From Candidatus Dadabacteria bacterium (GTDB lineage: Bacteria; Desulfobacterota_D; UBA1144; Nemesobacterales; CSP1-2): 64,000 bases of DNA. The notes under the pieces were generated by a model, which saw nothing but the letters and a program-made list of their open reading frames with translations, did not search any database and was not told the DNA's origin. Made by a program: the position numbers and the translations under genes. The stretch lies in the NCBI GenBank assembly GCA_963805855.1, contig CAWDVW010000002.1, forward strand, positions 1-64,000, in the 5' to 3' direction. Each line of letters starts with the position of its first letter. Positions within the stretch are counted from its first letter, which is position 1. Below, in pieces: positions 11,226-22,900 of the stretch.

Positions 11226-11974
11226 TTAGGGTTGGAACGCCCCAATCACGCCACCATGGTCCGCCAAGGCGGTCGGTCGATCAGGCCACGCAGCCAGCCA
11301 GTCCCGGTAGCTGCAGGAGGCGAACTCGACCTCCGCACCACTCACCATCTCAGCGAAGCGACCGATCTCCAGCCGATGCGCCTCGATGTCTGTCACCGGA
11401 ATCGGCACGCCATTGCGCTGGCTCGGCTCCGCAAAGAGATAGAGCAACGTAGGCCGCTTCGATCTCCGACGGCCCTCGGTCACAAGCCCGAAAGCGTGCT
11501 TGACCAGCTGGGCCGCGTCCATATGCTTGAAGACCTCATCGCCGGTGCGCAGCCGATCCCTCATTCTCTCGAACGGCCCCATATGATCGCCCCAGACCGG
11601 ACGATTGTATGCCTCAGATAGCGACACCACTTTCTTGTCACGGAAGGGCTCGAACCGCTTCGAATTCGATGCCGATGATTGTCTCGCGCGTTTCCACAAG
11701 CGCGTCGAGCCAAGGATGACGACCACCGGACCAGGGAAACCGAGCGCAGTATTCCACTTCGACCGAGATCGGCGGCCAATCAGATGCATTGAGACCGGGA
11801 AAAGGCGGCAGATCAGACGGTCTCGGAATGAACCACCCTATAGCGTTGATCGCGAGCGCAGCCGAGCTTTCCGGACTCGCCAGCTTGCCGCTTTCTACCT
11901 CATTGCCGCCCGCCCTAGCGAGCCGTTCCAGGATATGCTCCTCTGGCACGCCACGGCAGAAATACGTCCGACAA
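11226..11974 (-). CDS. Putative PD-(D/E)xK restriction-endonuclease-like protein (PGN_0703-like), frameshifted
   Basis: Joining ORFs 11638..11949 and 11226..11789 gives SPESSAALAIN..VEYC..HPWLDALVET..IGIESKRFEPF..MDAAQLVKHAFGL, a D...ExK catalytic pattern. Confidence 0.65.
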
Positions 11975-12008
11975 GCTATCGACCTCCCTCACCGCAGTTT
12001 CAAGGTGA

Positions 12009-13310
12009 TCACTGCAAGCTGATGACCTGTGCCGGCGGAACAATTCCAGCTTCTTGACACCGCTTACCATCCCGTCAGCCGTTCGTGGAGCGATAACAGA
12101 TCCTTTCAGCCAGCACTCGGTCTTTGACCGCACATATGTGAAGGCGACACATCGATCGTTCGCCACACAGTCCAAACGACATTGCTGGGCGGTGTCGCCC
12201 CGGCTGTGGGGGTAAGATGTCAGATCGCCGCCCGGCAGATCGACATTGTCAAAGACGCCAGCCTCGGGTCTATGACGCCCATCGTAAGCGGCGGGGGATC
12301 TGTGTCGGCGCTGGTAAGCAGTTGACCAGAGATGGCGACGGCATTGCCGTTTTCCGGCCGCGATCGCCTTTGAGGAAGCAGTTTGGTCCACGTGACAGGT
12401 TCGGATTAGCATTGAAGGTGAATGCCTGGCACTTGCCGCCCGTCGAAAGGCAGGCCCGCGCGCAAGCAGCAGCGTCCGGCAAGCGCTCGGACGACAGATC
12501 ATCGCCGAAGAAGTCGAGACCGGTGTAGACGGCCATCCGCGTTGGACGCTGCGCATATTGCTGAAGAGCTGAGAGCTTCGACAGTGCGTTGCGTCCTATG
12601 TTGGGAGTGTTCTCCTCCTGCAGCGAAGACAATGCTGAGGTCGAGGCGTCGGGAGGAGCGCCGTTGCTTAGTGCTGGACTATTTTGAGGAGGCGCCGCAG
12701 TAGCCGCGACGGGCGCTTCGTCATCTGCCTTGCGGTTGATGCCATACTCAGCAATCTCCGCGGGCGTGAAAACATGGATCTGGTCCGGAGGCGTCTTGAA
12801 CATGACGGTCATCACGCCGATAGGCGTCTTGAAGCGCGTCAGCACGTCCAAAATATCCGAGATCGAGGATTGAGCGCTAACCAGCCCGTTCGCCTTGTCC
12901 GGCTCGACCTGCGAGATCTGATGCACGCCAAGCTTGCCGTCTACCTGGCGCTCAGCGCCGGCCAAAAAGATAAAGGAGCACGCAGAATAGCAGCCTTTGT
13001 CAGACGGGATGTAGGTCGATAGCTTTCGCTCGTAGACATCCTCCGCGATCAGCAGCGCGATCTGGACGAGCCCGCCTGCGCTGTTCAACACCAGGATATT
13101 CGCCTTGGGATCGGCCTGGATGGCGCGGTGAAAGTTGAGCGCCGTGTCGATATCGATCTCGCCGTCGAGCACGATTGCCATGGGGTGGATATCATCCACC
13201 TGGAACGGGCCGAACTTCCGCACCGCCGCATTTGCTGGCGAAGAAAGCGCCGCAATGGCTGATACGATGAATGCCACAAGAACGTGGCCTATGAAAAGGA
13301 AACTCTTCAC
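12009..13310 (-). CDS. Exported protein with a COG3904/ClpP-like N-terminal domain and two PAN/Apple domains, frameshifted
   Basis: Signal peptide, LNSAGG and CYSACSFIFLAG..LGVHQ. Two Cys-rich repeats: DFFGDDL..C..C..C.AFTF..CFLK and DLPGGDL..C..C..CVAFTY..CWLK. Confidence 0.75.
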
Positions 13311-13685
13311 GATCGCCCCCCCTGGCGACTTGAACGCAGGAAAATCAAACAGGAACAAGCCGTCGCTTGCAAGGCCTCAACCAACTCATGGTTGAGGATT
13401 CCTCGCGCACCCCTGGGCAGTCCTCCTGTCAGAGTCCGATCTTTGATCCAATGCAGATCGGCGCTAACTCGAACCCATTAAAACAATCGCGGAAAAGGTG
13501 CGGCTGCGTGGCCCCAGACCTCGCGCCAGCGTTGTCAATTATCTTTGCTCGCAAAAGATAGCCGTCTTCATTAAAAAAATCAGAGATTGCATCGACTGTG
13601 CGCAATTCGGCTGCTGTCAAGGCATTGACGGATATGTCGAAACTGCCTATGGCGGCTGAGCTTGGGCAGAGGAGGGTCTGAGGAA

Positions 13686-14072
13686 ATGCAGAAACTTTCG
13701 CTTGTGGTAACGATGATGTTGGTCCTTGCCAGCTGCGCGTCTCCGCAACAGATCAAAGAGGTTATGGCAACACAGCGTCCGCCGACCGCCGCCGAAAAGG
13801 CCGCCATAGTGCAGGCCGCCAAAGACTATCTGGTCGATCCATACTCCGTTCGCGACGCGGAAATCTCGAATGTGGTGCGTTTAAGCGACCAGGGGCTAGA
13901 GGCGCTTTGCGTTAAGGCAAATGCAAAGAACCGAATGGGCGGATATGTCGGTCGTCGGGCGACCTCAGTCCGAATGCTGCACGGCAAGCCGATTGGGACC
14001 CTGGACGACGCGCCGGCATGTGATCTTCCGCAGCTGCAATATCACCCATTTCCCGAGCTCGAAGCCCTTTAG
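13686..14072 (+). CDS. Small lipoprotein of unknown function
   Basis: Lipobox LASC and the pattern DPYSVRDAEIS..CVKANAKNRMGGYVG. Confidence 0.7.
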   Translation: MQKLSLVVTMMLVLASCASPQQIKEVMATQRPPTAAEKAAIVQAAKDYLVDPYSVRDAEISNVVRLSDQGLEALCVKANAKNRMGGYVGRRATSVRMLHGKPIGTLDDAPACDLPQLQYHPFPELEAL

Positions 14073-14129
14073 AAGAGGGTAGCAGAAGCAAGGTTTGGTT
14101 GCCTACTGCGATCGCTTGGGTTCGGCAAC

Positions 14130-14399
14130 ATGACTTTTCGGAGAAATCTGGAAGCCTTTTGGCCCATCGCCAAGGCGGGACTTCATCATGTTTGCATTTG
14201 CCGGCTCCACTCACTCGGTGAACGCCTCTGGTTCCAAGGCCTGAGCCTCGCCATCATAATTATCAGCTTGTCGGCGCCCGAAAAGCCCGAACTGGTGATT
14301 CTCTATCTGCTCGGTGCTTTCGCATGGCTCACTCTGCTTTTTTGGCCGGGCCAGAAGGAAACAAACAGGTTCGGCCCAGCCCTCGCCGGCGAGCCATAG
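14130..14399 (+). CDS. Small membrane protein, DUF805-like (possibly truncated)
   Basis: CRLHSLG, two hydrophobic segments and the typical C-terminus WPGQKETNRFGP. Confidence 0.55.
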   Translation: MTFRRNLEAFWPIAKAGLHHVCICRLHSLGERLWFQGLSLAIIIISLSAPEKPELVILYLLGAFAWLTLLFWPGQKETNRFGPALAGEP

Positions 14400-14776
14400 C
14401 ATCTCTCACGAGCCACGGCAGGCAATCAAGAAGATTCCGTCGATTGGCGTTTGTGACGCGGCTCCTACTGCCCATTTCTATCGCGACTTGAGAAAGGCTC
14501 TTACCGTTGCGCTAACGCTCGCTCGCGCTTTGAGCAGATCCCGCATCACCCCCCCGGAACCGGCCGTCCGCGGATTGGCCTAACTGGAGCGTGACGCGAT
14601 TTTCCGCCTTAAATCGGTTGCCGACCTACCTGAGGCCCTTTACTCCGACCTTGTCGTTCCGGCTCATCTTGGTGAGCGCATCAGGGCGGAGCTAATCCAA
14701 CTCGGCTACCCGCCACATCGCAGAGGGAGCGCCGGAGGCGTATGACGAGGCGAGAGAGATCATCCATGGGTTTCCT

Positions 14777-14979
14777 TGTCTACATATCTCAGGTTAAAGG
14801 AAAATGTTGACGCTCAACCAAGTTCTGTCAACATAGGCACTGGTCCGGACCCCTCCAGGCCCGGTGCATGTCAACATCGGTCATCAAAATCACCGGATTT
14901 TCATGGTGAATGTTGACAGATGTTTACGCCATGTTTCGCCAAAAAGCCGAAAACCGCTTTTTCCCGAAATTGTCAACAT
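14777..14979. repeat. Cluster of seven TGTCAACAT-like 9-mers in both orientations
   Basis: Perfect copies at 14826, 14869, 14971 (+) and 14910 (-). Variants at 14777 (TGTCTACAT), 14804 (ATGTTGACG) and 14920 (ATGTTTACG). Confidence 0.8.
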
Positions 14980-15456
14980 CGAGACCGGAATTCGGCCTTT
15001 CCCGAATTCGCGAATAGAAGCTCACCAGAGCGCACCAGACACCAAGACGTCTCCGACTATCAGAACAGCTATGGAGTATCAGCCCAAGAGCTCCGCCGCG
15101 AACGCCAGCACAGAGCGCGCAAAGACAGACTGCACAAGCATCCGATACATATGCGGAAAGAGGGGCGCGAGAGTGAACCGGCACAGGGACCAGAAAACAG
15201 ACAACGCTAAGCGAGGAGAGGCAAAGGCCTGCAAGCGGCGCATAGGCGCGTCGAGATAAGGCCAAATTGCGTGAGGGGGGCAGAACAAAGGTGTGAGTTG
15301 CAGAGGAAGGTAGGTGGGGCGATCCAGGCTGAGGCAAACCATGGGCGATGGCTGGCACCGTGAGCCGCCTGGTAAGCTAGATGGTGAGTTCGGGCCAGCC
15401 ACGGCGCGCCGTGCTCGGCTGACGGTCCTTGGACCGGCGCTGAGCTGCGGCGGTCA

Positions 15457-16328
15457 TCATGCCGCCGCAGCATTGCCGTCTCGCATTTCTCTTCCTTCTT
15501 CGGACGTCACCCCTGGTGCTTGTCCAGCCAGTCGTTGCATGCCGAGAACCGTCCCCCAAAGGACCGGATCCCCGCGGGCGGCGCTCAGGTCGACACCCTC
15601 GAGCAACCATCTCCCCTGTAGTGAAACGGGCTCCCGGTTCGCCAAGAGATTTTCGAGATCCTGCCAAAGCTCCGCGTCGGTCCAGCGATGGAACTGACGC
15701 CGCACGCGCTGGACAGGCCCGAACTCATCTGGGAGCCCAATCCATGGCCGGCCGCGAAAAGCGAGCCAGCGGCAGGCCTCCAGGCTCCGGCGCGGGTCGA
15801 TCGGCGGGCGACCTTTTCGCCACAGGACCTTTGGCGCCATTGCCGCCGCGAAGAAACGCCATTGTTCGTCGCTAGTCGTTCCGCCCCCACCTCTGGCGTC
15901 GCCGGACATGATTTGGCCGGGCGGCCGCCGCAGGCCTTCTTGGGTGCCAGCGTAAGGCCGGCCAGCGATCCGAACTTCCGGATGGTGGCACCTCTGTCTT
16001 CGCTATCTGGCCACTTCGTCTGCGACCTGTTCAGGCGGATCTGGAAGCCTTGGCTCGTTTCATAGCCGGCCAGGTAGGCACAGAGGTTGTCAAAGAACCG
16101 TTCGTCGTTCATTCGCTGCAGACGCCGGTAGATCGTGTTCCACTGGCCAAACATGCTCGGCAGCCGACGCCAGGCTGTTCCGGTCGTCGCGATGTAGAGC
16201 CCAGCATCAATTGTGGAGCGCAATGATGCGATGCGGGGCCCGCGGCGGAAGTAGGTGTCGTCCAGGAGCGGGGACAGAAACTGCCATTCGGCGTGAGTGA
16301 CGACTGGGATTTCAGCTTGAGGATTCAT
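15457..16328 (-). CDS. Two tandem IS5-family transposase N-terminal (DUF4096-like) HTH domains with no DDE domain; two genes or one frameshifted gene
   Basis: THAEWQFLSPLL..IDAGLYIATTGTAWRRLPSMFGQWNTIYRRLQRM and SDEQWRFF..GRPPIDPRRSLEACRW..GRPWIGLPDEFGPVQRVRRQFHRW both resemble the TG.qWR.LP..fG.w.tv..rF.rW pattern. Confidence 0.65.
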
Positions 16329-16428
16329 GGGCGGCTTCGTAGGCAGTATTTTTCAACACGTTTATTCCCGTATCAATCCTACGAAAACAGGTATCTATGA
16401 GGAGTCTCACAAAACGCGGAGACACCCC

Positions 16429-17198
16429 ATGAACTACGTTGTCCCCCACGCATCCCTCACTGTGAACGAGCTTGCCGTTTGCGCAATCGAGGATGTCCAC
16501 GCGGTTACCCGCAAGGTTTGGGGACGCGGTCGAATGCGCCTACTGGCAGTCAATCCCGAGGCAGCACTTCTCAATCAGGTCATCGTCAAGCTGGCGCGCA
16601 ACAAGCTTCAGTTCTGCAGTCGTTCGGAGGTTCGGACCGCTTTGCCAGCAGGCTCTCGCGCGCGCTGGAGAAGCTGGAAGGTGCCAAGTCTCCCAAGCTC
16701 AGCGTGCTCGACTTTGTCGTCGAGAATTTTTCGCCAGAGGTGCTTAGTCATCGATTTGTTCGCGACGAATGTGCCGTGGGCTTCGTTCCTTGGAGGGAAG
16801 CATTCGGCAGTCTGGTCAACAGCTCGTCGATCTATATCGACGTCATCAGGAGTTGGGGTGCGCTTGGAGCTGAAATCAGTATCGGCAGCGACGATCTTCT
16901 CCGTCTTCAGGCACTCATGGTCGCGGCGGCGGCTGCAAGTTTCATCCGCCAACAGGGGCGATCGAAGGTCCGCACAAGATATCAAGCTGCGCTGTATAGC
17001 CTGTCCGCCTTCTGGGACCATCAGAATCGCGCGCACTTCTGGTCGCCACAGAAGGATGAACTTCTTAAGCCCGCCTCGTGGTGGGTTAAGCGCCATCCGA
17101 ACCTTCTGCGTCTCCATGCTGGCAGCGTTCTTCTGCAGGAGCCAGATCGCTTCAGCTGGATCTTTGGACGGGCAGTGGCAGCGACCCGGCGGGGCTGA
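16429..17198 (+). CDS. Hypothetical protein, frameshifted
   Basis: MNYVVPHASLTVNELAV... (GGAG upstream) continues into ORF 16479..17198. Protein-like composition but no family recognised. Confidence 0.45.
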
Positions 17199-17278
17199 AG
17201 TTTCGAACAAGCGCGCATGACCGCACCCGATGCCACCTTAGACACCCTACGACGTCGTCCGAGGGTCGCGGGGAGCCT

Positions 17279-18070
17279 ATGAACATCGTGGGAATGACAG
17301 CCTCTTCACTCAACGAGAAAAGGCGTGCGGTTATCGAGGATCTCGATCTTCGTCGTGCCGAAAACGGGCGGCTGACATCGTCGTCCACATCGCTTCAAAG
17401 ATGTCGGCCTTCCCGTCTTTGTCGCCAACGAGATCCGGGAAGCCGGGGATCGAACTCGCAATCGCCACGGCAACATCGTCGAAGACATTCTTGCTATCGG
17501 TAAGGATCTGTTCACGGTGAAACAAAGCTCGGCAGGTGGGTTCGGCGATTGGCTTAGGGCGGAGTTCGGGTGGAACAGAGGACCTGTCAAAACTACATGC
17601 GCGCTGCACATGAGTTCGGAGATATTCCGGAGATCGCTATCCGGCTGCAGCCGGCCGTTCTCTACAAGCTGGCGGCAAAGAGCACTCCGGAACAGCTGAG
17701 AAGGGACATGATCGATGAGATGAAGGCCGGCGTGGAGATGTCACCCGAAGAAATCAGCCGGCGAATACGTCGAGCTAGGCCGAGAAACCGCAAGGAGAAG
17801 GGCAATGTTATCGAACCTGAGAAAACCGCGGATGAGAAAGCCAACGCCTCCACTGATGTCTCTGACCAGGAGCAGGACGAACGGTGGGTGACGTTCGCAA
17901 AAAAGGCAGTTCAAATTCTGCAGAAGCGTCTTGGAACGGACTTCCCGAAATTCCGAAAGGTCCTCGGGCAGCTTCCCATGAGCGCGTTTTTGCAGGCGCT
18001 GCGCGATGCTGAGGCCGCGTCCTCGGCCAAGAAGCTGGACCATCGAACTCGACCGGACGGAGTATCGTGA
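17279..18070 (+). CDS. DUF3102-domain protein, frameshifted
   Basis: IGKDLFTVK..GGFGDWLRAEFGW..RTCQNYMRAA..VLYKLAAKSTP across three frames. Confidence 0.7.
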
Positions 18071-18247
18071 GACGGGCTGAGGCGGGAAGAAAAATGACGG
18101 GGCACAAGCTTAACGCCGGACCGGGCATCATCCGAGTCTTGGGCGGCAGCGCTATCCAAGAGAGTATCGCTGCCGGGCTGCCGCGATCTGTTGGTTCGAT
18201 TCCTGATGAACATGCCAGTGCCTTCTAGCATGGTCGGGAGGGGGGCT

Positions 18248-18299
18248 GGATATGAGCAACTCTAAAAGGGGTCGTATACTGTTGCTCACGTAATATCCC
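18248..18299. promoter_or_regulatory. Inverted repeat directly upstream of the serine recombinase (res-site/operator candidate)
   Basis: TGAGCAAC (18253-18260) N20 GTTGCTCA (18281-18288), flanked by GGATAT...ATATCC. Confidence 0.5.
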
Positions 18300-18314
18300 G
18301 ACGTCTATTTATGG

Positions 18315-19191
18315 ATGCACACCGTCATGAAGACAGACACTGTTCACAAGCAAGCAATCGGATACATGCGCGTCTCTACGGTCCGACAAGGAGAGAGTGG
18401 CGTAGGCTTTGAAGGTCAGCTCGCGGCGATCAACTCCTACGCAGCAAGCACCGGCTACGAACTCGTCAACGTGTTTCGGGACGTGGGTTCAGGTCGCGGC
18501 AAAGACAATGTTAGAAAACGCCCCAATCTCCTCGCGGCAATTGAGGAAGCCGCTCGGTTGAAGGTGCCGATCATGGTGGCAGGCCTCGATCGACTGTCTC
18601 GTGAGAAAGCGTCAATCGAGAAGCTAGTTGGTCAGCACGGACTAACAATGATTTCTGCGAGTGAGGGTGAGCTCAATCCCATTGTTTTGTCCTCACGAGC
18701 GGCTCGAGCGGAAAGAGAAGGTGAGCTGATCTCCGAGCGCACTACGGGTTCACTGCGGCAGAAGAAGCTTGAGGGGGTGCAGCTAGGAAACCGTCGGAAC
18801 CTTGACGTCGCGCAGACTTGCGGTGCTGCGAGCAACCGACAGCGCCACGAAAAAATCGTGAATTCGATCGCGAATGTCCTTTCTGCCGTCCCAGCCAGAG
18901 TCACATTCGGCGCAAGCGGTTGCTGACCTTCTCAACAAAGAGGGTATCAAAACGGGCCGCGGCCTCACCTGGACTATTGGTGCCGTCCGGCGGCCATTGA
19001 AGGCTGCAAGGAGGCTTCTTGAGGACAGTGCTGCAAACGGCTTTGCTGACCACCCTCTCTTTGGCGATTTTGAGCCAGTTTTCGCCTTTTGCGCGGCGTC
19101 AGATCATCTGACCTCTGGCGCCGCGTTGGCCGCCCCGGTCTTGGCTTTGCACCGGTCGTGGCCTTCAGTATCAAACATGGCTCCAGAATGA
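18315..19191 (+). CDS. Serine recombinase (resolvase family) with C-terminal DNA-binding region, frameshifted near 18900
   Basis: IGYMRVST..Q, DVGSG, LDRLSR, EGELISERT, GVQLGN. Continues as AVADLLNKEGIKTGRGLTWT. Confidence 0.9.
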
Positions 19192-19832
19192 GGTCTTCCG
19201 GCCATGCTGGCACGCAGCCGTGCAGCATCGGTCTCGTGAGTCTCGATTTCTCCGAAGCTGCCCACGGACGCTGCAAGGCTTCCGCATTCGAGAAAGTGGC
19301 GAGCCGCGTGGCGGTAGCGGCTGGACCGGCCGGTCTGCAGTAAGAAATCGATCATGGCACGCAATAGCAGCGTCGCCGCCAGCGGATGTGATCCGGCCAC
19401 AGCATCCGCCGCCGGCGTGCAGGATCTCGTAGTGTTCGCCGTCGAGCTCTCCTGCGCGCCGCAGCACCAGACCGCCGCTCTGTGCAGAGCATTCCAGTTG
19501 ATCAGGAACGCCAGCGCGCTGTGCACGCTGGGACGGGCAGCAACGAGGTCGAGTGCTTTTGTCTCGGCCTCCACGTCGTCGAAGTCGGGAAGCCGATCGA
19601 GGAATGCGCGCAGGTGCGACGCCGAGAGCGATCGCTCGAAGCACGACCACCGGAAGGCCTGTGCCTCCTCCGTGCGGCCCAATGCCTCCAGCACATCGAG
19701 ACGCACTTCCTCCCACTCATAGGGCAGCCATCCGGCTCTCTGTTCTTCGACCTTTTCAATGGCAATCCAGGCCTCTTCTACCCGGCCAGCTGCGAGCAGG
19801 CGCCTAGCGATCGCGGCCGCGATCTTCGGCAT
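19171..19832 (-). pseudogene. DUF6880-family protein, C-terminal half only
   Basis: PKIAAAIARRLLAAGR..CFERSLSASHLRAFLDRLPDFDDVEAE..ELDGEHYEIL..HPLAATLLLRAMIDF..RYRHAARH..HGRKTSFW. No matching N-terminal half upstream. Confidence 0.7.
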
Positions 19833-19962
19833 GTTGCAGCCACGCGTGCGCGCGAGCGCCTGTGGTTGTCTGCGTGTGATCCAGCTTCCGAGTTTCTGGA
19901 AGACCTACTGGAGTGATCTGAGGCCGTGCCAGCTACTCAGCGGCCATCGTGCCTGCCTCTGG

Positions 19963-22900
19963 TCAGCCGTTCGCCCCTCTGACTTCGGAACCGTGTTTCC
20001 GCGCTTCGTCCAGTAGCGCTTCAAGCTCGTCGCGAGTGCTCTGCTTCAGCCTGCTCAACCCAATCTTTGAGGCCATGGCCCCTGCGAGGTCCCCGCTGCT
20101 CCGCGACCCGATGGTCTGGAGCGCGAGACCAGTTTTTCCGGGTAGGGAACATGCTGCCAATCTCTATGCTCACCATTGAGCTCAGACCCTCTGAAGGCGA
20201 CAGCGGCTGCCGGTTGGCTACCACGGGGCCAGAATATTACTTCCCCGTTGGGCGCCCGCGAGCTCCGTCGATACTTGGAGACAGCGCTCCAAACCTGCTT
20301 CTTGATCTGCGAACCAGTTCTCTGGAACCCATGTGCCCGAGCCACGCTCTCGCTGAGATGGCGGAAAGTGATGGGACCCATTTCGTCAACGATCTCGCAG
20401 GCAGCCGGTGTGAGGATCTTGAGGTATCCCGGTTCATAGAAGCGCTCGGCGTCGAGCGACAATCGGTTTCCCTTGATCTTTGGAAACGGGATGACCGCCT
20501 GTGCCGGGGGCTCGCTGAACAGGTTGCCATCAGGTCGCTCGGAGCCCTGGCCATCTGCTTCTACGTTATCAGCCCGCTCAGAATTACTCGCGGCATCAAC
20601 GCCCTTGGTAACGCCTTCGACAACAACCGGGCGCACCGCATGGCCCGTCAAGACCTCGATTTCCTCGCCGATCTAGCACCGATCAGGGCGATCGCCAATG
20701 GTTCTCGCATGTGCACGATGCCGTCCTCCGGCTTGTTCAGCGTGTCGCTTAGTGTGACCTCCCTCGTGCGCTGCTCTCCTGGTCAGGTATCGGACGCGAA
20801 CGGTATCCCTGACCTCGACGACTTCGGATTGACGTGTCCCCGGCCTCGTGAGCCGGTTGCATCTGCGCCTGAGGTGGGCTCGGGCTTTCCACTTGCCTCA
20901 GGTCGGCATCTATTTGATCCTGTGGTTTCTGGCTCGCGCCGCTTTTAAGGAAGCTTGCCGCCGGTTTAGCTTCAGCGCCCTCCTGGAGTTTCGACAGCCC
21001 CTCCACAGCCGCCCGCAGCCTTGCCGTTGCTTATTGGGATCATTGAACCAGTCGGTCGACCAGATGCGGTGAAACCGCCATCCAAGCCTTCGAGAACCTC
21101 CTGGCGAAGGCGGTCGCGATCGCGTGCCGATTTTGCCGAATGGTAGCTTGCACCATCGCATTCGACGCCCAGAACGAAGCCGTGGGGCCAGTTCGGGTGA
21201 TGCACCCCAATATCGATGAAGTAACCGGCCACGCCGACCTGCGGCACCGGCTCGTAGCCCATCGCCCTGATCTGATCCATGACGAAGATTTCAAACTCTG
21301 AATCCGGTTCGCGGTCGGATTTGTCGCCTCCTTCGAGGATGCCGCTCGCGCAGTATTCAAGCCAACGCTTGAGCATATAGGCGCCAGCGTTTCCCCCTTC
21401 GTCGGCGACGATGTCGGCTGCGGTCATGGAGGAGAACGTGACGATCTTCTCCTTCGCGCGTGAAAACAAAACGTTGAGGCGCCGCTTGCCCGCTAGCCCG
21501 TTGATGGGGCCGAAACGCTGCGCAACCCGCGCCCCGTAGTCTCCGGCCCATAGACAGTCGCGATGAACATCACGTCACGCTCGTCGCCTTGGACGTTCTC
21601 GAGGTTCTTGATGAAGAACTCTTCCAACCCGTCGTTCTTCTCTTTCCAGGCCTCGACATACGCCAACGCGCTGCTGTCGCGCCCCAAAGCGTATTCGAAC
21701 TCCTCGCTGATAAGGTCGCGTTGCTTCTGGTTCAGCGTCACGATGCCCAAGAGCGCCCGGGATCATTGCGCATGAACGCCAACGCGGCATCGACGACCGC
21801 CCGCGCTTCGATCGGATTTGTGCCAGCCTTGTAGAGGCCAGGGACGGCCCGCAGCTCAACGCCCATCCGCGCCATCGACTCCGTGGCCGAGGGGAAGACA
21901 ATGAGATTGTCGTCATAGACCAGCCGGTTGGAGAATTTGATCAGGCCGGAATGACGCGACCGGTAGTGCCAACGAAGCCGCCGCGCCGGGCGGAATGTAG
22001 CGTTGGCCATCTCCAGGATGGACTCATTCAGCACGGCTTCATCTTCATCGGCATCGTCGTCGTCGATCATCTTCTTGAAGAAGCTGCTTGGAGGCAGCTG
22101 ATTGGTATCGCCGACGACCATGGTCTGCTTGCACCGCAGAAGAGCCCCGATGGCCGCCTCGGGAGGCATCTGCGATGCTTCGTCGATGATGCATAGATCA
22201 AACGTTACAGCGCTCTTGGGGAGTACTGCGCGACGGCGAGTGGCGACATCATCCAGCACGGCTTGAGTTCCAGGAGCGCGTCACCGGCACGACTGCGTCA
22301 GGTCTCGCACCGAGATGTATCGCTGTTGCTTGTTAATCTCGTTGTCGATGAGGCCATTTGCGTCCATGTGGATTTCCGGCCCATGCCGTTCCCTTGTGGT
22401 GGAATTCGCCATCCGGCCGATCTCCGCCCGAACATGTCGGCGCGTCAATTCGATGATTTCCCGGTCCAGTTTGGCAAGACTTGCCCGAAGCTCATCGAGC
22501 TTCGGGCCTGGATAGCGTCCGAGCACAGATCCGTGGGCGTCGAATACTCGCATCGCCATCGCGCGAAATATCGCAGCCTCCAGAACTCCAGGTAGTTCGT
22601 CCAACGACCGATCGTTCTTCTCCAACTCATCAACGACCCAATCGAATCCCAGGTCGCCGATCTCGTCGCATGCAGCCTCGAACCGCGAATGAAGAAACAT
22701 GCCCTCCTCGTCCTTTGATGCATCGCGGAGGTATTGCGCTTTCTGTTGCAGCGACATGCCGGCCATGGCGTCAGCAATTGCGGAGCCGCCCTTGCCAACC
22801 AGAGCCCTCAATGCCTCTGCAGCAGCCCGATCCTGCCGCAGAACTCTGCCAAGGACGTCCACAGCCTCCGCGAGCAAATTGTGTTGGATGATAGAGTAAA

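Noticed and set aside
14777-14979. CRISPR array or regular tandem iterons
   Set aside because: The repeats are only 9 bp, irregularly spaced and in both orientations, and no cas or rep gene was recognised.
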